Source: Balanoglossus misakiensis
Taxonomy: Eukaryota; Animalia; Hemichordata
Direction: 5' to 3'
NCBI GenBank assembly: GCA_040954595.2
Contig: CM082584.2
Span: 6,963,919-7,027,918 of the forward strand
DNA length: 64,000 nucleotides
Shown piece after piece: positions 51,454 to 64,000 of the stretch. Below the pieces are notes generated by a model. That model was not told the DNA's origin. It saw only the letters and a program-made list of their open reading frames with translations, and did no database searches. Positions within the stretch are counted from its first letter, which is position 1. Every line of letters begins with the position of its first letter. The position numbers were made by a program, and so were the translations under genes.

Positions 51454-51651
51454 TACTATCGGAAACTAAAGCAACTTAATGGTGAATGAAATAATAAGAC
51501 TGTGAGATTGCAGAGAAGCTGACTATTTATCACAAATCTTCAATTTATCTGCAAGCTTCTGAAGACAATTCGAACTAGGCTTTGGGATAACTTGGCCTGG
51601 AATATATTACATCATCGAGATCGGAAAAGAGAAATTGGACTATGAAGCGCA

Positions 51652-52205
51652 TTATTCGTTTTTACTCTGTTGTTTGATTTGATTGAGACGATTGACGAGA
51701 TATCTTGACCACGGTCCGGGTGAACGCCTTTTACCGCTGAAACATAAAAAAGAATGAAATGAGCAGAGGTCTTGAAAATTCTGCTCAATCGACAGAAATA
51801 CTTGAGGAGGCTCTCTTTCCTGGTAAACGAAGGCCAGGTGAGATCTTCAACGATTCCGTTGGCGGCGGGCTTCATTGCTACGCCACATACGGGTTGTTAT
51901 AGACAGTGAATACAGATGTGTCTCGTAAAATGCTAATATATCTGCCTGTCTTTCTGTCTTGTTGACGCTAGGTATGTATCAATGAGCTGTAAGGATTTTT
52001 TGTTGACTTACGGCATGATATTTCTGTAGGCATTTTCAGGGTCTCTGCAACGCCAATTGATGCACTGCATGCCGTAGGGTTCGCATTTCTCGTCAGTTGC
52101 GCAGCTGTAGAGCCTGATCGTCGGTTCGCAGATCAGAGCGACGCACGACATACCGTAATCACAGTCCCAGTCATACCTGCACCCGTTCATATAACTGTAG
52201 AGGTA
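51652..52205 (-). CDS. Small secreted Cys-rich peptide precursor B, exons 2-3; complement join(52205..52012,51736..51652)
   Basis: Acceptor CATTGCAG| leads into YLYSYMNGCRYDWDCDYGMSCVALICEPTIRLYSCATDEKCEPYGMQCINWRCRDPENAYRNIM. Donor CC|GTAAGT and the strong acceptor TTCTTTTTTATGTTTCAG give P-GKRR-SPGPWSRYLVNRLNQIKQQSKNE*. Paralog of precursor A. Confidence 0.78.
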
Positions 52206-52240
52206 CTGCAATGCGAAGGAAATGTACAATAAATGCAACT

Positions 52241-52354
52241 GTAGGTAGGTAGGTAGGTAGGTAGGTAGGTAGGTAGGTAGGTAGGTAGGTAGGTAGGTAG
52301 TTAGGTAGGTAGGTATGCAGGCAGGCAGGTAGGTATGCAGGCAGGCAGGTAGGC
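52241..52354. repeat. (GTAG)n/(GCAG)n compound microsatellite
   Basis: Direct reading; lies just intron-side of the precursor B exon 2 acceptor. Confidence 0.9.
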
Positions 52355-55247
52355 ATCCATGTATGGGGGAATAAATACTAAAGGCGCAGCTAATATTCCC
52401 TGTTTACTTTGGGCCTATCACTTCTGGCGAAATGGAAGTCAGGGCTGCGTCTCGAAGCAAGAATTAAACAGCGTCTGCAAAACAACGGCCACGTTTATTA
52501 CCCACGGCACGTCAAAGCGGTTCGTCATCATAAACGATTTAGTCGAATAAAGACGATAAAATCAGACAGCGACGATTGAACCTAACACCTGTGCCGTAGA
52601 TGAGTAGAAAGCTAATAAAGCCGCTTTGGGAGTTTGTATATCGAAGGCAATCTAGGAAAGAGCCGACACCGCTTCCCGAGCGAGTGTAATAATTTCGCCG
52701 TCACATCGGCACAATGTCTTTGCGTAGTTCATTTAAGATTTATTCCTCCTGTTGGGTAAATTTGATTGAAATTAGTTTTCGTTTTATTGGGCATATGGGT
52801 TTTTTATTTCGATGCGTTACGTTGACGTCGAACTCACAATCAGTCGATATCGCATAGTCTTGACGTATATTCATGTCTTTCTGTCTGTCTGTCTGTCTGT
52901 TTGCCTACCTGCCTCTCTCCGTCTCCCCTCCCCCTTCCCTTCCCTTAGACCCAGGTTGAATATCCTCCGCCCAGCCACAATAATAATACGGTACGTTTAC
53001 AACGAGTTCTATTAATGGACTTCAATCTTCGCCGAAGAGAGCGTGCGGCAACTTCTCGCTTGTCACTTTACCTTCTCGTAATGCATTCGAAGGAAATAGA
53101 ATGCAAATATGTCTATCTTGAAACTGCCTCTATATGCGCGTTTTATTCTCGATTTGTGTATTGAGCATTGGAGTCGCCGCACAGATCGGACTTGATCTGG
53201 GTATCTGAACTGTCAGATTGAGGTCGGGCATCGCGAATGAACCTCGGGGATTGTGACGTGACTGCAGAGATGAAACCGGGCAGATATTTATCTGCAGTTA
53301 AAGTTAAATTTGTATTCTGCTCGGGTCGGCCGCACGTCAATTTACTTAATTGGGCCAAACACTTAATTCAAATACTCTGTACAAATTGGAGAAGTATCTA
53401 CTCATCAATGCACAACCAGGGTAATGTACTTCCGACATCATCCGACAGACAATGTATCTCAGGATGTTTTTTTCGAGAAAGGGTTCTCTCTCCCTCGCCT
53501 ATTCAGATGATCACGCGAGACCTGCTTTCAATCAATCACTATGGACCATTTCCCGCCTTGTAATTTAGCTGATGACTGACTGAGCTGTCAACAGTGAAGT
53601 TTTGTCGCGCTTGTAACAGAAAAAAAAATTGTTGAAAAGTAGTTGTTCGTAGAAGTTGTAGTAATAGTTAGTAAATTTTCCTCAAAAGTGTTCTGACAAG
53701 TAGCTGAAAATAGATGTAAAGACACCAATCATATGACCTGATCGTGAATTCGCACTGAAGTACATCGCTTGTTTTTTCCGACGACGAAATACAACGGAAA
53801 TGTTGTGAATCTCGCCGAGCCCACGCGTTTCCGGAGACGCGACGAGACTTTGGGACACGACGTGTCAGAGAACAGGCTTTGTCTTTTCCTTTGCCGCGCA
53901 CGATTATACGAAGGATCGGCGGTAATCAAAATTTGGCTGGATTAACGCTCTTAAAAGGAAATTCACAACTTCCTATTGATTTTTCAACGCAGCTGGATGA
54001 CTTGAATGCATGATGTTGAGCGGGCACTGCTCAGAATATGAAGTTAACTTCTATAGCGTATGAAAGGGAAAAAAGTTTAACTGTGTGTATATTGCATTTA
54101 TTTCGTCAAATTTCAGACATAACTATAACGTTATGACTGCGAGGTGGATGATTGGATCATATCACGACACGAATTGACGTTTTCCTTGAAACAAAATTGA
54201 ATGGGCCAAACATGTCTGAGTCAGAGCATGAAAATGCGTAACAAAATGGATGCCTATAGCAACCATATTTGATCGCATCGTAATGCAAATAGATGCGCAT
54301 ATGCAGGTCACAGTACTCTACCCTTGCATCAATTCTGAATGTAATGACTGGACCTTTTCAGAAAAGTTATCCCCACTGAAATTCTTCAATTAAAACGGTC
54401 TATCATATGCCCAGTAATAATCAAACCACAGGTGACTGAGTTTTCCGCTATTTAATGTCAAAACTACAATAAAATGCCCACTTCATTCTTCATAACGTCC
54501 AATCATCAGGGGGACCCAGTGTAAGATCCAACGTGCAAGGGTTGATGAGCACTGTCTTCGATTCCACAAAGATGTATAAATTGAGGGGGGAAGTTTCATA
54601 ATAAATGACATTTCCGATTTTACGAGTGACCGTTGACCAGACGAACACTCAATCTGTCCGAATTCAGACAGACGCGTGTCCCCAATTAAAACAGTTTTCA
54701 CACGGGAGATGGGGGGGGGGGGAGAGACATTGCTCGTTGCGTGGCTATTAAGACGTCCGGGTAGCGAATGTGTTGAGAAATTCTCCCCGGTGATAAGGAG
54801 GGAGATAAAACACGCCAGTTAAAGTCGCTCTTTACAGTACAGCAGCGAGTAAATCAACTAATTCCACCGGAGCTGTGTTCGAGTTTTCAATAAATCTGAA
54901 GGCGAAACTTCCCACTAGGAGATAGACACGGCGCATCAGTTTGCTTTAAATATTACAGGAACCGTCAATCGTTAATGACGCGCAGGCGTTAAATCGATGT
55001 CGCGTGGAATTGCATATTAGCTGTGGTGCACTGATCTGTCCCGGTGAGGGTTGCTGTGCTATCGTAAATTCACGTTTGCACCAACCTAGTTGCCAATTTC
55101 TTAGATGTGTCATTACCTTGTTTGCACAACCTGCCTTCAAACTGACAGATCCTCCAATGATGAATTTATTACCACCAAGTGAAAACAAAAACTTATAAAT
55201 ATTGTTATCCCCATTCCTCATAATTGTTTTCAGTACTACCTCCTTAA

Positions 55248-56044
55248 GATGGGTCCCTAGGATCTTTTTGCTCGTTGCTATGGGCCTTTATAGGACACTA
55301 CACTCAATTTTGATCGAAACCGTTATGAACGTCCGACAAGGGGCTTGTAACTAGTTAAAAATACACACGATTGTGTGCACACCCCCCTGTCTGAGTATGT
55401 TTACGGCAGCCACCGCCCGGCCATAGGCCGCCACGCTAACACGGCAAAGCAGCGGTCAGCGATAGCGTGCGCGTCCTGTAACCACAGTAACTGGATCGAA
55501 CGCTAAAAATCCAATGTTTTGTACACAGAGATTTTGTACCGTTCACGAAAATCCCTAAGGCTTTTTTCACAGGCGACGTAGGCCAGCCAAATTTGACCTG
55601 CTTGTTGAGAACGCACTTCCGCATAGTGTGACGGATCGTTTTTTTCGGTTTTCGTCGTGCTAAGAAGCGATACCAGTGGAAGAGTGCGTCCAAAAACACC
55701 CAAAATCGATGACTTTTTCAGGTGTGGTACGGGTATGCTGAAATCGTAGGATACAACGATAATATTCGAAAACAAAATCCGTCACGATCTTCCCTGGTTC
55801 AAGCAACTAATGAATACGTATCAAGTTCGTTTTTGAGGTCACGGAATAAAAAGCCTTAGGCTTTTGAAATTTGACCTAACTAATTTGCATATCAATGGCG
55901 TCAGGGGGCGCGCGCTCACAATCGTGCGTATTTTTAACTAGTTACCAGCCCCTTGTTAGACTCTGAAAACGGCTTAGTCCAAATCGGGGTGTAATGTCCT
56001 ATAAAGGCCCATAGCAACGGGCAAAAAGATCCTAGGGACCCATC
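55248..56044. mobile_element. Non-autonomous DNA transposon (MITE), TTAA target-site duplication, Kolobok-like
   Basis: TTAA at 55244-47 and 56045-48. A 56 bp TIR GATGGGTCCCTAGGATCTTTTTGC(T/C)CGTTGCTATGGGCCTTTATAGGACA(C/T)TACAC has 2 mismatches, and an imperfect IR extends to ~145 bp. RR...YY termini plus TTAA fit Kolobok. No transposase ORF. Confidence 0.85.
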
Positions 56045-56399
56045 TTAACACCTCGTTGATTGTTGCCTGAACAGGCAATAGTTCTGTAAACTACAGTTCG
56101 CGCGGGGGGGGGGGGGGGGGTGATCACAACACGACCATGCATAGTCCAAAGACCGGATGATGCACCAGTAGAAGGCAAACGTGTTGATAATCACCTTTTT
56201 TCAGTGCTTTGGCCACCGGCCTTGGGTACATACGTATACAAATTGCTAACCAGACCTGATTATGTTTAAAAAGAGAGAAAGATAGGGAAAACTATAAACG
56301 AAAGTAATCTGTATAATCTGACTCGGTTTAGATGTTGAACGCCACAAGGGCCGCGGATCCGAGTGCCTTTGCGCGAGTCGACTTCACTTCCCGGTTTAC

Positions 56400-56945
56400 A
56401 ACACGTCAAGAACACCTGGTGAACAAACATGGCCAATCACGGAGCACTCGATGCTTTCCTGTCAGCCAATCGACGATTGGAATACATACAGCCGAGTGTA
56501 GAGATGTTTCTTTGGTTTGGATTGGGCCACAAGCAGCGCATACCTTCACCAGGGCCTTTCGGACATTTGTACTAGCCGCGTGACACCACTTCCACAGGAA
56601 AAAACGCGTTAAAAGTGGAGCAGAAAGAAGCGAAGAGACTGACGAAGATGCCTGTTTGTGCCAGGATTTTGGAGACGTTCTCGAGGGGAAATTGCTGGGA
56701 CCCAAGTCGAAAGAAACGGCCATTCCTTCAGGTTTGCCGGAGTCACGGACATCAAGCAACAGGTGAGCATGTACAACCTTCTTACACGTATTTCACTGAT
56801 AGTGCAACATGATTGCAGTTCGATACTCCCCAGAACAAGATGGCGTCTCTGCACATTGATGACACGTAACACCTACGGAGAACATCTTTTGTTGTTCTGG
56901 CGAATATTAAATTGTAATCGTGTCCTGTTATCAATGTATTATTGT
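56400..56945 (+). repeat. Diverged dispersed repeat, copy 2
   Basis: Same blocks in the same order as 49570-50150. Confidence 0.7.
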
Positions 56946-58255
56946 ATGTTTGTGTGCCCTTTGGTTGGCATTTGCGCTTGTTTAGAGCTATATCTATAGA
57001 TAATGCCATGCGCTTGGTAAAATTTGCATGGATGTCATCGTTGCGAAAAATCCGGCGGCGGCAAGGGTTTGGACACCTCGCTCGTTTCGTGCGCCATGAT
57101 TGGTCAAATCAATGTAATGTGGCGTGCGAGTGCGCCACTTGTGATACAAGCGAAGGAGTGTGTGCGTCATCGGTTTTAACTGTACCTGACCAGGCAACAG
57201 TTACCTGGAAATCATTGAGGTTGCGGCAGACAGACACGTCTGTGACATCTGTGATACCCGGACAAATTCATGCAATTTAATAGCACCAGAGTTATCAAAA
57301 TAATACAAGTATCTTTGATGTAGCGCCTGCAGAGTGCTATTTTGTACAATACCAGTCGGCTTTGCAGGCTGCACACGATCAGAGTAGATATAACCTCCGG
57401 GTAGGGAAAGTATTCATTTCTTTTTAAAGAGATATGCTTTCAATTTACCTAAATATGCCACAATCTCATCGAATCAACGACAGGACTCCCAAGCCACTCT
57501 ATAAACATTGATGCCGTAATGCATGAAATCAAAAGTTCAGGAAATAAAAACTATTGTCGGCATTTTGTGCGTAATGATATATAACTTGTAAGAATATCAA
57601 TGTTAAAACTCTACTGAAGGCACCGCGTCTAGACACCGGGGGTAAAGACCGTCGAACTATAAAAATCAATAGATTGAACGTTTGTTTTGTTGATTTGCGG
57701 TTATACATATATTTGTATATGGCCGACTTTAACATTTTTTTTTCAATAACAGTGATTGAGTCTGTCAATGTAAGTTCATCTGATACGCTGTTATTAGGAA
57801 ACATGCTCGCTTATTTATTCATAGGTGTTTTTGCACATATATAGACTTTTAAGATTTCTCCAATCAGGAGCTCATCTTTCTACTTTTGTAACACACTGCG
57901 CGTACTTTACTTTCCTTCCTTCCCATGGCTTCGTTGCATTTTACCATGAATGACAATTGAATGTTCAAAGCAACATAATTCGGGTTTTCGAAAGCCTGCA
58001 GGGCGAATTGAACCGGGCGCCGTCAATCTTGAAATATTACCTCACGCTGTTGTTATCATTTGAATGCGTTTATGTGAAGTAATTAAACCTGGTACGTATT
58101 TGGGCTGTTTTTAGTATTTCAATTTGCGTAGAGAGTTTTATAAAACGAGAAACCCATTCTGTAACTGATAAAAAGCGGAAGCTTTTTGTATCATTTCCCA
58201 ATGAAAAATCGTAAACTGTAATGAAAGGGAGACAAGCTGAATTTTGGGTTTCCGG

Positions 58256-58257
<2 letters not shown>

Positions 58258-58333
<76 letters not shown>
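58258..58333. repeat. (TGA)25 microsatellite
   Basis: Direct reading. Confidence 0.95.
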
Positions 58334-59236
58334 CAGGAGCAGTTTTTGTCTTCGTGTCCATTATCATTTCAGTTTATCACACAGTGTGTGACCTTCCAGT
58401 AACATATGACCTTTAATGACAAGATTACAAAATGGTGAATTCCATCCAAACATCGTTCATGATGCATATCAAAACTGATAAGCTTTCTAATGGAAAAGAT
58501 GGTTGGAAATTGATTATAAATCTCCCCACCCCCGATTTATCAAAACTTATCATATCGATATGATCCGCATAATGGGTTTTAATCCATTTGATATATATCC
58601 CCGGGAACTAAACTGATACACTGTGACATCATGGTTAACGATTGGGGGATTTTTTTGTAAAGTCATATTTACCTCTACGTCTCCAGTTATAGCCCAGATT
58701 ATTTACTGTGTAAAAGTAAAACGGTAACGGACAAATGACATGGATGCGTACCATGAAGTCATTTTACTTTCTGCAGTAACCTAACTTTATGCTGTACCAT
58801 TTGATTTCTTTATGGCAAGAGAACCTGTCCATCAAACGGGAATGGTAGTATTTGTCTTCTCCGCAGTCGACAATGTTTCTATCCTTTTAAGCTTCATGTG
58901 TAGAAAATTTGTGCAAACGCAATCTTCGCCGGATATTATGCGCTACTCACTATGTTTGAGCATGACGTGTTAATCATTCGAAAGACGTAATTATGTCCGT
59001 TCACTTAGCACGACAAGTTTTCTTCAGGTAAAAAAGCCAACTCAATAACGGGGGCTCTGTTAACGATAAAGATTCGAACTATACTTTTGAAAATAAGTTC
59101 AACCATACCTCCTAATTTACCCGAGAAGCTGTAGCATCTGCCGACAGGCATCTGGCTCAAATTTGAAAGGCTGGAATGTAAGACATGAATTTGTGTTTTA
59201 AAAATATAAAAGACATCGAATCAAGTTTGAAGTTAC

Positions 59237-59314
59237 CTTTTCAATACCTGCGACACCACCTGGGCCAAATATCGCAAACAGGAAGACAGGTCCGATGATC
59301 CACACGGTGTTCAT
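59237..59314 (-). CDS. Probable signal-peptide exon 1 of precursor B (MNTVWIIGPVFLFAIFGPGGVAGIEK); full model ~118 aa
   Basis: ATG plus a hydrophobic 26-codon exon ending AAG|GTAACT in phase 0, the same size and phase as exon 1 of precursor A. Several CCAAT boxes lie upstream. Joining it across a ~7 kb intron is inference. Confidence 0.6.
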
Positions 59315-62300
59315 AGTTAGTGACGGAGCGCGGCTGTATTAACAAGAAGATGGCACTGCGGGTCCCCGACAGAAATCTGCGTCTCCTCCAAGCTGTGTCG
59401 TTTACCCTAGTGACTACGACAAGCAGATTGGCTGCGAATTTAAAGCTTCTCCAGCTTCAGACCCAATGGGGAACAGTTAGGGGCCAACATGAATAATGCA
59501 TTCCGCAGCGTCGCGTAATACAGTAGCGTCCGCGTGGCCTGGTGCATTTCGCAAAGCGTGCGCCCGGATGCTGTGTTTGATTGGCCGCAGAATTCATTTG
59601 TTGTGACTAATCACTCAAAGCCAGCCAATGATGTTAAACAACAAACTGAAATTCTAAAGAGAGCCTACGTTTAACTAGATTTAAGACATGATGGTCTATT
59701 TGTCGTAGGCGTCACTTTTTATCGAAAAGTTGACTGACAGTCACATAATATAACATAAAAGTAAAATGTTTTGAAACCAGTGAGCGTTTTTCGCTAATGT
59801 CATAGCTGCATTGATGCATATCTAAATGGGGTCCTGGTTCCTTTTTCTATCAAGTTAACCATGGCTTGTCGAATATTGTGAGTATTTTTTAATGAAGAGC
59901 ACACTGTATAGGGCGATATTGTTTGATGACGTCATATTTGATGAATTCGTGGCCTCACTTACAACGGATGATTGCCTTAACGTCCACGTGACACATGGGA
60001 TAGTAACATTAAGAAGATGTAAAACTGCTTATGACTGTATTGTAGTTGCCATAACAGTGTATAATTGCTGTTGATGTTGGTGACAGCCGTGGTGACGGTG
60101 ATTGTGGTGCTTGCCTTCCATGTTTAGCCCCGTTCGTCTTCTCGCGCAAAACATTCTGTTAACGCTGTCAACTTTGAGCGACAGCGTGTATAACCACGTG
60201 ACAGACTGGCTGGCCTCCGGGTAATGCACTTCATGTGTTGATGAATCGGCCGATTACACAGCCGGAAAACCACAGGCAGATTAGAGGACGTCCTTGTAAC
60301 AGGTACCATAGAGAGTCCCGCTCGTGGCTACGAGAAGGAACCTCTGTTACCTTACAGGGTCTATAATGTTGGTCAGATTTCAGGGAAGTATATAAACAGG
60401 CCTGAATAGGCTGGTGGTACATGGATGTGTACAGTGGTGCAATGTCTGACTATGTATTGTCGTGATCACGTGACTGAGCCATTGGTGTTATGTATAGGGG
60501 TGTGCCAGTGTTGAATTCAAAGGGTCTGACACGGTGTCTTCAAATTTGCAAGATTCGGAGGGGTTTAGCAGTTTAGTGTCATTTTTGCTGTTTTATAGCA
60601 CCTTAAAGTCGTAAACTCTCCATCTCAGACAAGAGCCTGCTGGCCAATTTGACTGTTTCGATTAAATGTGTTTGAAGTTATATTCACGGCATTTACTGTC
60701 TCTGTAGATTTCGTAGGAATTATTTTATGTGGATTGCTATGGTGACCACATTTTGCCTACGAGACGCTTCTGTACAGTCGTGTAGTTCAAAGAAAAAGTA
60801 GCAAGCTAGCGTACTTGTACATTATGAAAATACTAGTAAAAACTGTTTTTGCAAATGCCACCCTAAGTTCATTTGAAAAAATCTGAGCGTAACGCCTTCT
60901 CCCAATTCTCAGTTTTACTGCTCCTGAAGCTTAGAATGCTTGAGTGACCTCCCATTCCTCCGACCCCCCAGTCGTAAATAATGACCGCTGCCTTAAAGAG
61001 CCGGGGGCCATATATGGCGTGACTGTTGGTAGTTTTAAATGTCCGTACTTGAAGGTGTAAATTCATTTATTTATTCATCAATCCCAGTGGTCGATCCATC
61101 AGGCAGATGACAAGACGACTTAATTGGGATTCCAGCGCTGAACCCGAAGTAATATCAACTAATTCGCCGTCCCTTGTCACAATCAGATCAGCCCCTTTTG
61201 CATCTGAAATGCACAACGTTCAATCGGCTAATTCTGTAACACTTGATTATTGAACACTGCGGTTTGTTTAATTTGCAACAATTTGCACGTGAATACGCAA
61301 TCATTATGCACGGTTCCACTCGCCAATATCCAGAGGACACCAACTGCTCTCTGTAAGAGAGTTACAGGAAGTTATCACCCATTGCAAATCTCGTTATTTC
61401 CGGCAGTATTGTGTGTTTTTTAACATGCTAATCGCCGGGGCCAAAGGTCACGCGTAAAACGGATTCGTATTAACTCAAGCGATTGAAACGATTCAATCTC
61501 CATTGAACATAATCATCAACCAATTATGGTTTGGATATTTTAGCAACTAGTCCAAAACGGGCCAAAAACACCAAAGGAATGCTCAAACGTGGCATGATAG
61601 TTGACTCCAAACAGGGATTTCAACGCAATATTTACCCGCGAGGCAAGCATGACCACTGTCGCGTCGAAAATCGAACAGGTGTCCCATCCCTGTAAGAGTA
61701 TGCACGCCAAGCGTCCGAACAACGTTGTCCATATTCTTGTCAGCCTACAGAATATTTTCGTTATTAGAGTATGTACCCGGTGGGAATTTAAACCCTGAAG
61801 ACAGATTGACCGCTTCAAATAAAAAATTCAGCACCTCATGGAAATATTCGCCCTTAACCTGTTCACGGTCGCTTCCAATTCTCAATTCCATTATTGATCG
61901 TGAATAATTATAAGGTGTTTACCCAAACATGGCTGTCACAGAAACGTTTATCGTCCCAGAACGAATTCCACATCACGATGTTATCTTTCTCCTTCGCCGC
62001 ATATCCGGCCATTTTTTTGCGTCACGCGTCGTTGTCTTTAGAATGTCAGGAAAAATTACTCTGTTTATTGGCCTTGTCGTTCAGTGCACGGCTTAGGTTG
62101 GGTGAACTCTTTCAAGTCGAACATCTATGACGTTTACGATATTACCTTCCACGTTTACCGGCATCAGTGAGATGTCTGACAGGCCAATAAGGCGAATCTA
62201 TAAACGACAAGGGTCAGTATATTAATGACGATGATGACTTTAATAGTAACGTCACTCCCTTGATTGCGTAGGGATCTGTTAATCTCGACCGAGCAGACTC

Positions 62301-64000
62301 TGTCAACGGTTTTAATAATGGCGAGTTTGAGTGTCTGTGTTGTCAATCTGGTGGGACTCGTCTGAAACTACAGCAGTTTTAGCAGTGTGCTCCCAAATGA
62401 CGGTGAAAATCAAAGTGTGTGATTGAAAAAGTCTGTCGTCAACGGTTCTACATTCAGGCCACGTCATACCTGCGAGCAACGAGGCTTTGCGCAATGTCGC
62501 TCTTTGGAGCGCCGCTTTTACATAAAATATCAAAACTTGCAGATCTTTTTAACGCCTCTTAAATTACTTTCAATTTCTTTTGGTGTGTACAGGAATACGT
62601 CGTCAAATAGAGATTTCTATTTATTTTAATAATACTCAACTAACTAAAATTAAAGGATCTATGTCCCCTTCGTAGGCCCCGGGGCAGATGACATCATGAG
62701 AATAGAAATCCTAATTGATGATATACATGTACTTGGAAGATGGCCACCGATTCTCCTATGACGTCAGTTTTGGAGAGCGAAGGCACTTAGCGTTAATGAA
62801 AGATGTCTTCTTCTTTGATGGCGACGATGTCGGTGCATTAATGAACTCAGTTTCATCAAAGTCAAACGCCGATTCTGTAATCTGCAATTCAAAAACTCTT
62901 AGCTGTCCTAATTTATAAAACTCAACCTTTGTAATTGCTTAGGTTATTAAAAAAATATCGCGTATTTTTATTTTTGCAGTGGAATAAAAACAATTATGGC
63001 CTCCAGCATTGACTATTCGGATATTCAGCCAAAAGTTAGGTTAGATATTACAAGCACATGTATCGCGTTTATTGCTCTTTAGAGCGCCGCATCGTTCTGG
63101 AAATAGCACCCTCAACGACTCGGGTGAGCAATTGCTCTCACGCGGCCAGTTCTGATCGACGCCTGTGTCCCTGGTGACGCGTATACTCACAAATTATAGA
63201 TTCGTATATCAGACGTCATTTAATATTAATAGTTTATACGTTATACATGCACTTACGCTCTGAAGTCAAATCTTCCAACCCGTCATCCCAAATTCCAGAT
63301 TGATCTTTGCCCTAGATCCGCGTGATAAGAAACTACACACATTCCGCTGTTCGGCTGAAACACTACAAGTATATTAGCTTGTTAGGTCTTGACTTTGGAT
63401 GAATTATTTATGAAATGAATTGGGAACGAAATAACGTGCGTGCAGCATTTCATTCGCTTGGTGTATTACTATCAGACGAAAGAGGGCGCGCTAATCTCGA
63501 AAAACCTGTCAATAGATAATTTGTAGTTCGAAAATCATGTAAATTATTTACTTGTGTTTGGATTTGTTTATATGGTTGTTGTTTTTCTCAGATTACATGT
63601 TATATGTTCCGCGAACTATCATTTCGATCAGTTAATCTTTGTGATTTAAATCCCATAAATTCCCGGCCTTGAACCAAATACCAGGGTGCTGCGAGTTACT
63701 GTCAAAAGTCGAGACATTTCGCACTGTTATACCCAGCTAAGTTTTCTTAAATGCAGTTTAATTAATCTGTGATCCACCTAGTGCATTAATGACACTGTGT
63801 GAAGTCGTATTAGAGCAGTCACATCTCCTGGGAAGCGCCCCCTCCTCTTCTTTCCGCCTCGCATGCGCAGTAGGGTGTACGGAAGTCTGGAATATATCTG
63901 TAATATCGGATGTTTATAAATCATGGAAAACACGCTATATTATAGCGTTGGTTTCCATTCACATCTTTTTAACGGTACAGGTAACATTCAGCTCTAGTCG

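Noticed and set aside
53143-53358. Possible extra exon (acceptor TTTCATCTCTGCAG) inside the precursor B intron
   Set aside because: The translation has no Cys pattern or homology in any frame and ends in a stop; it cannot be supported without transcripts.
58191-58367. Minus-strand ~58 aa ORF with 24 consecutive His
   Set aside because: It is fully explained by the (TGA)25 microsatellite and has no supporting splice or signal features.
1-64000. Prokaryotic systems (operons, CRISPR arrays, defence islands)
   Set aside because: The sequence has spliceosomal introns, microsatellites and low coding density. No repeat-spacer array was seen; the short tandem repeats have no spacers.

Overview
Eukaryotic (animal; by inference a marine invertebrate) genomic window with spliceosomal GT-AG introns, so most ORF-track entries are exon fragments or antisense shadows. 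It contains two tRNA-Ala(CGC) genes and a ~32 kb array of seven two-pore-domain (K2P/KCNK-type) potassium channel genes. Each channel gene is split by one phase-1 intron inside the first Gly codon of the P1 selectivity filter and has a long, TRESK-like M2-M3 cytoplasmic loop; three of the genes form a recent ~2.9 kb tandem triplication. Downstream on the minus strand are a two-exon LURAP1/FAM89-family adaptor gene and two paralogous small secreted precursors that appear only after manual splicing. Each precursor has a signal peptide, two tandem 4-Cys C-x5-C-x5/6-C-x4-C modules and a C-terminal amidation signal. A TTAA-flanked non-autonomous DNA transposon, other repeats and microsatellites are also present. 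The best leads are the amidated double-hairpin peptide family and the paralog-specific docking motifs (LC8 TQT, PxIxIT-like, RVxF, 14-3-3, CxxC) in the K2P loops. All gene models were built by eye; no database searches were run.
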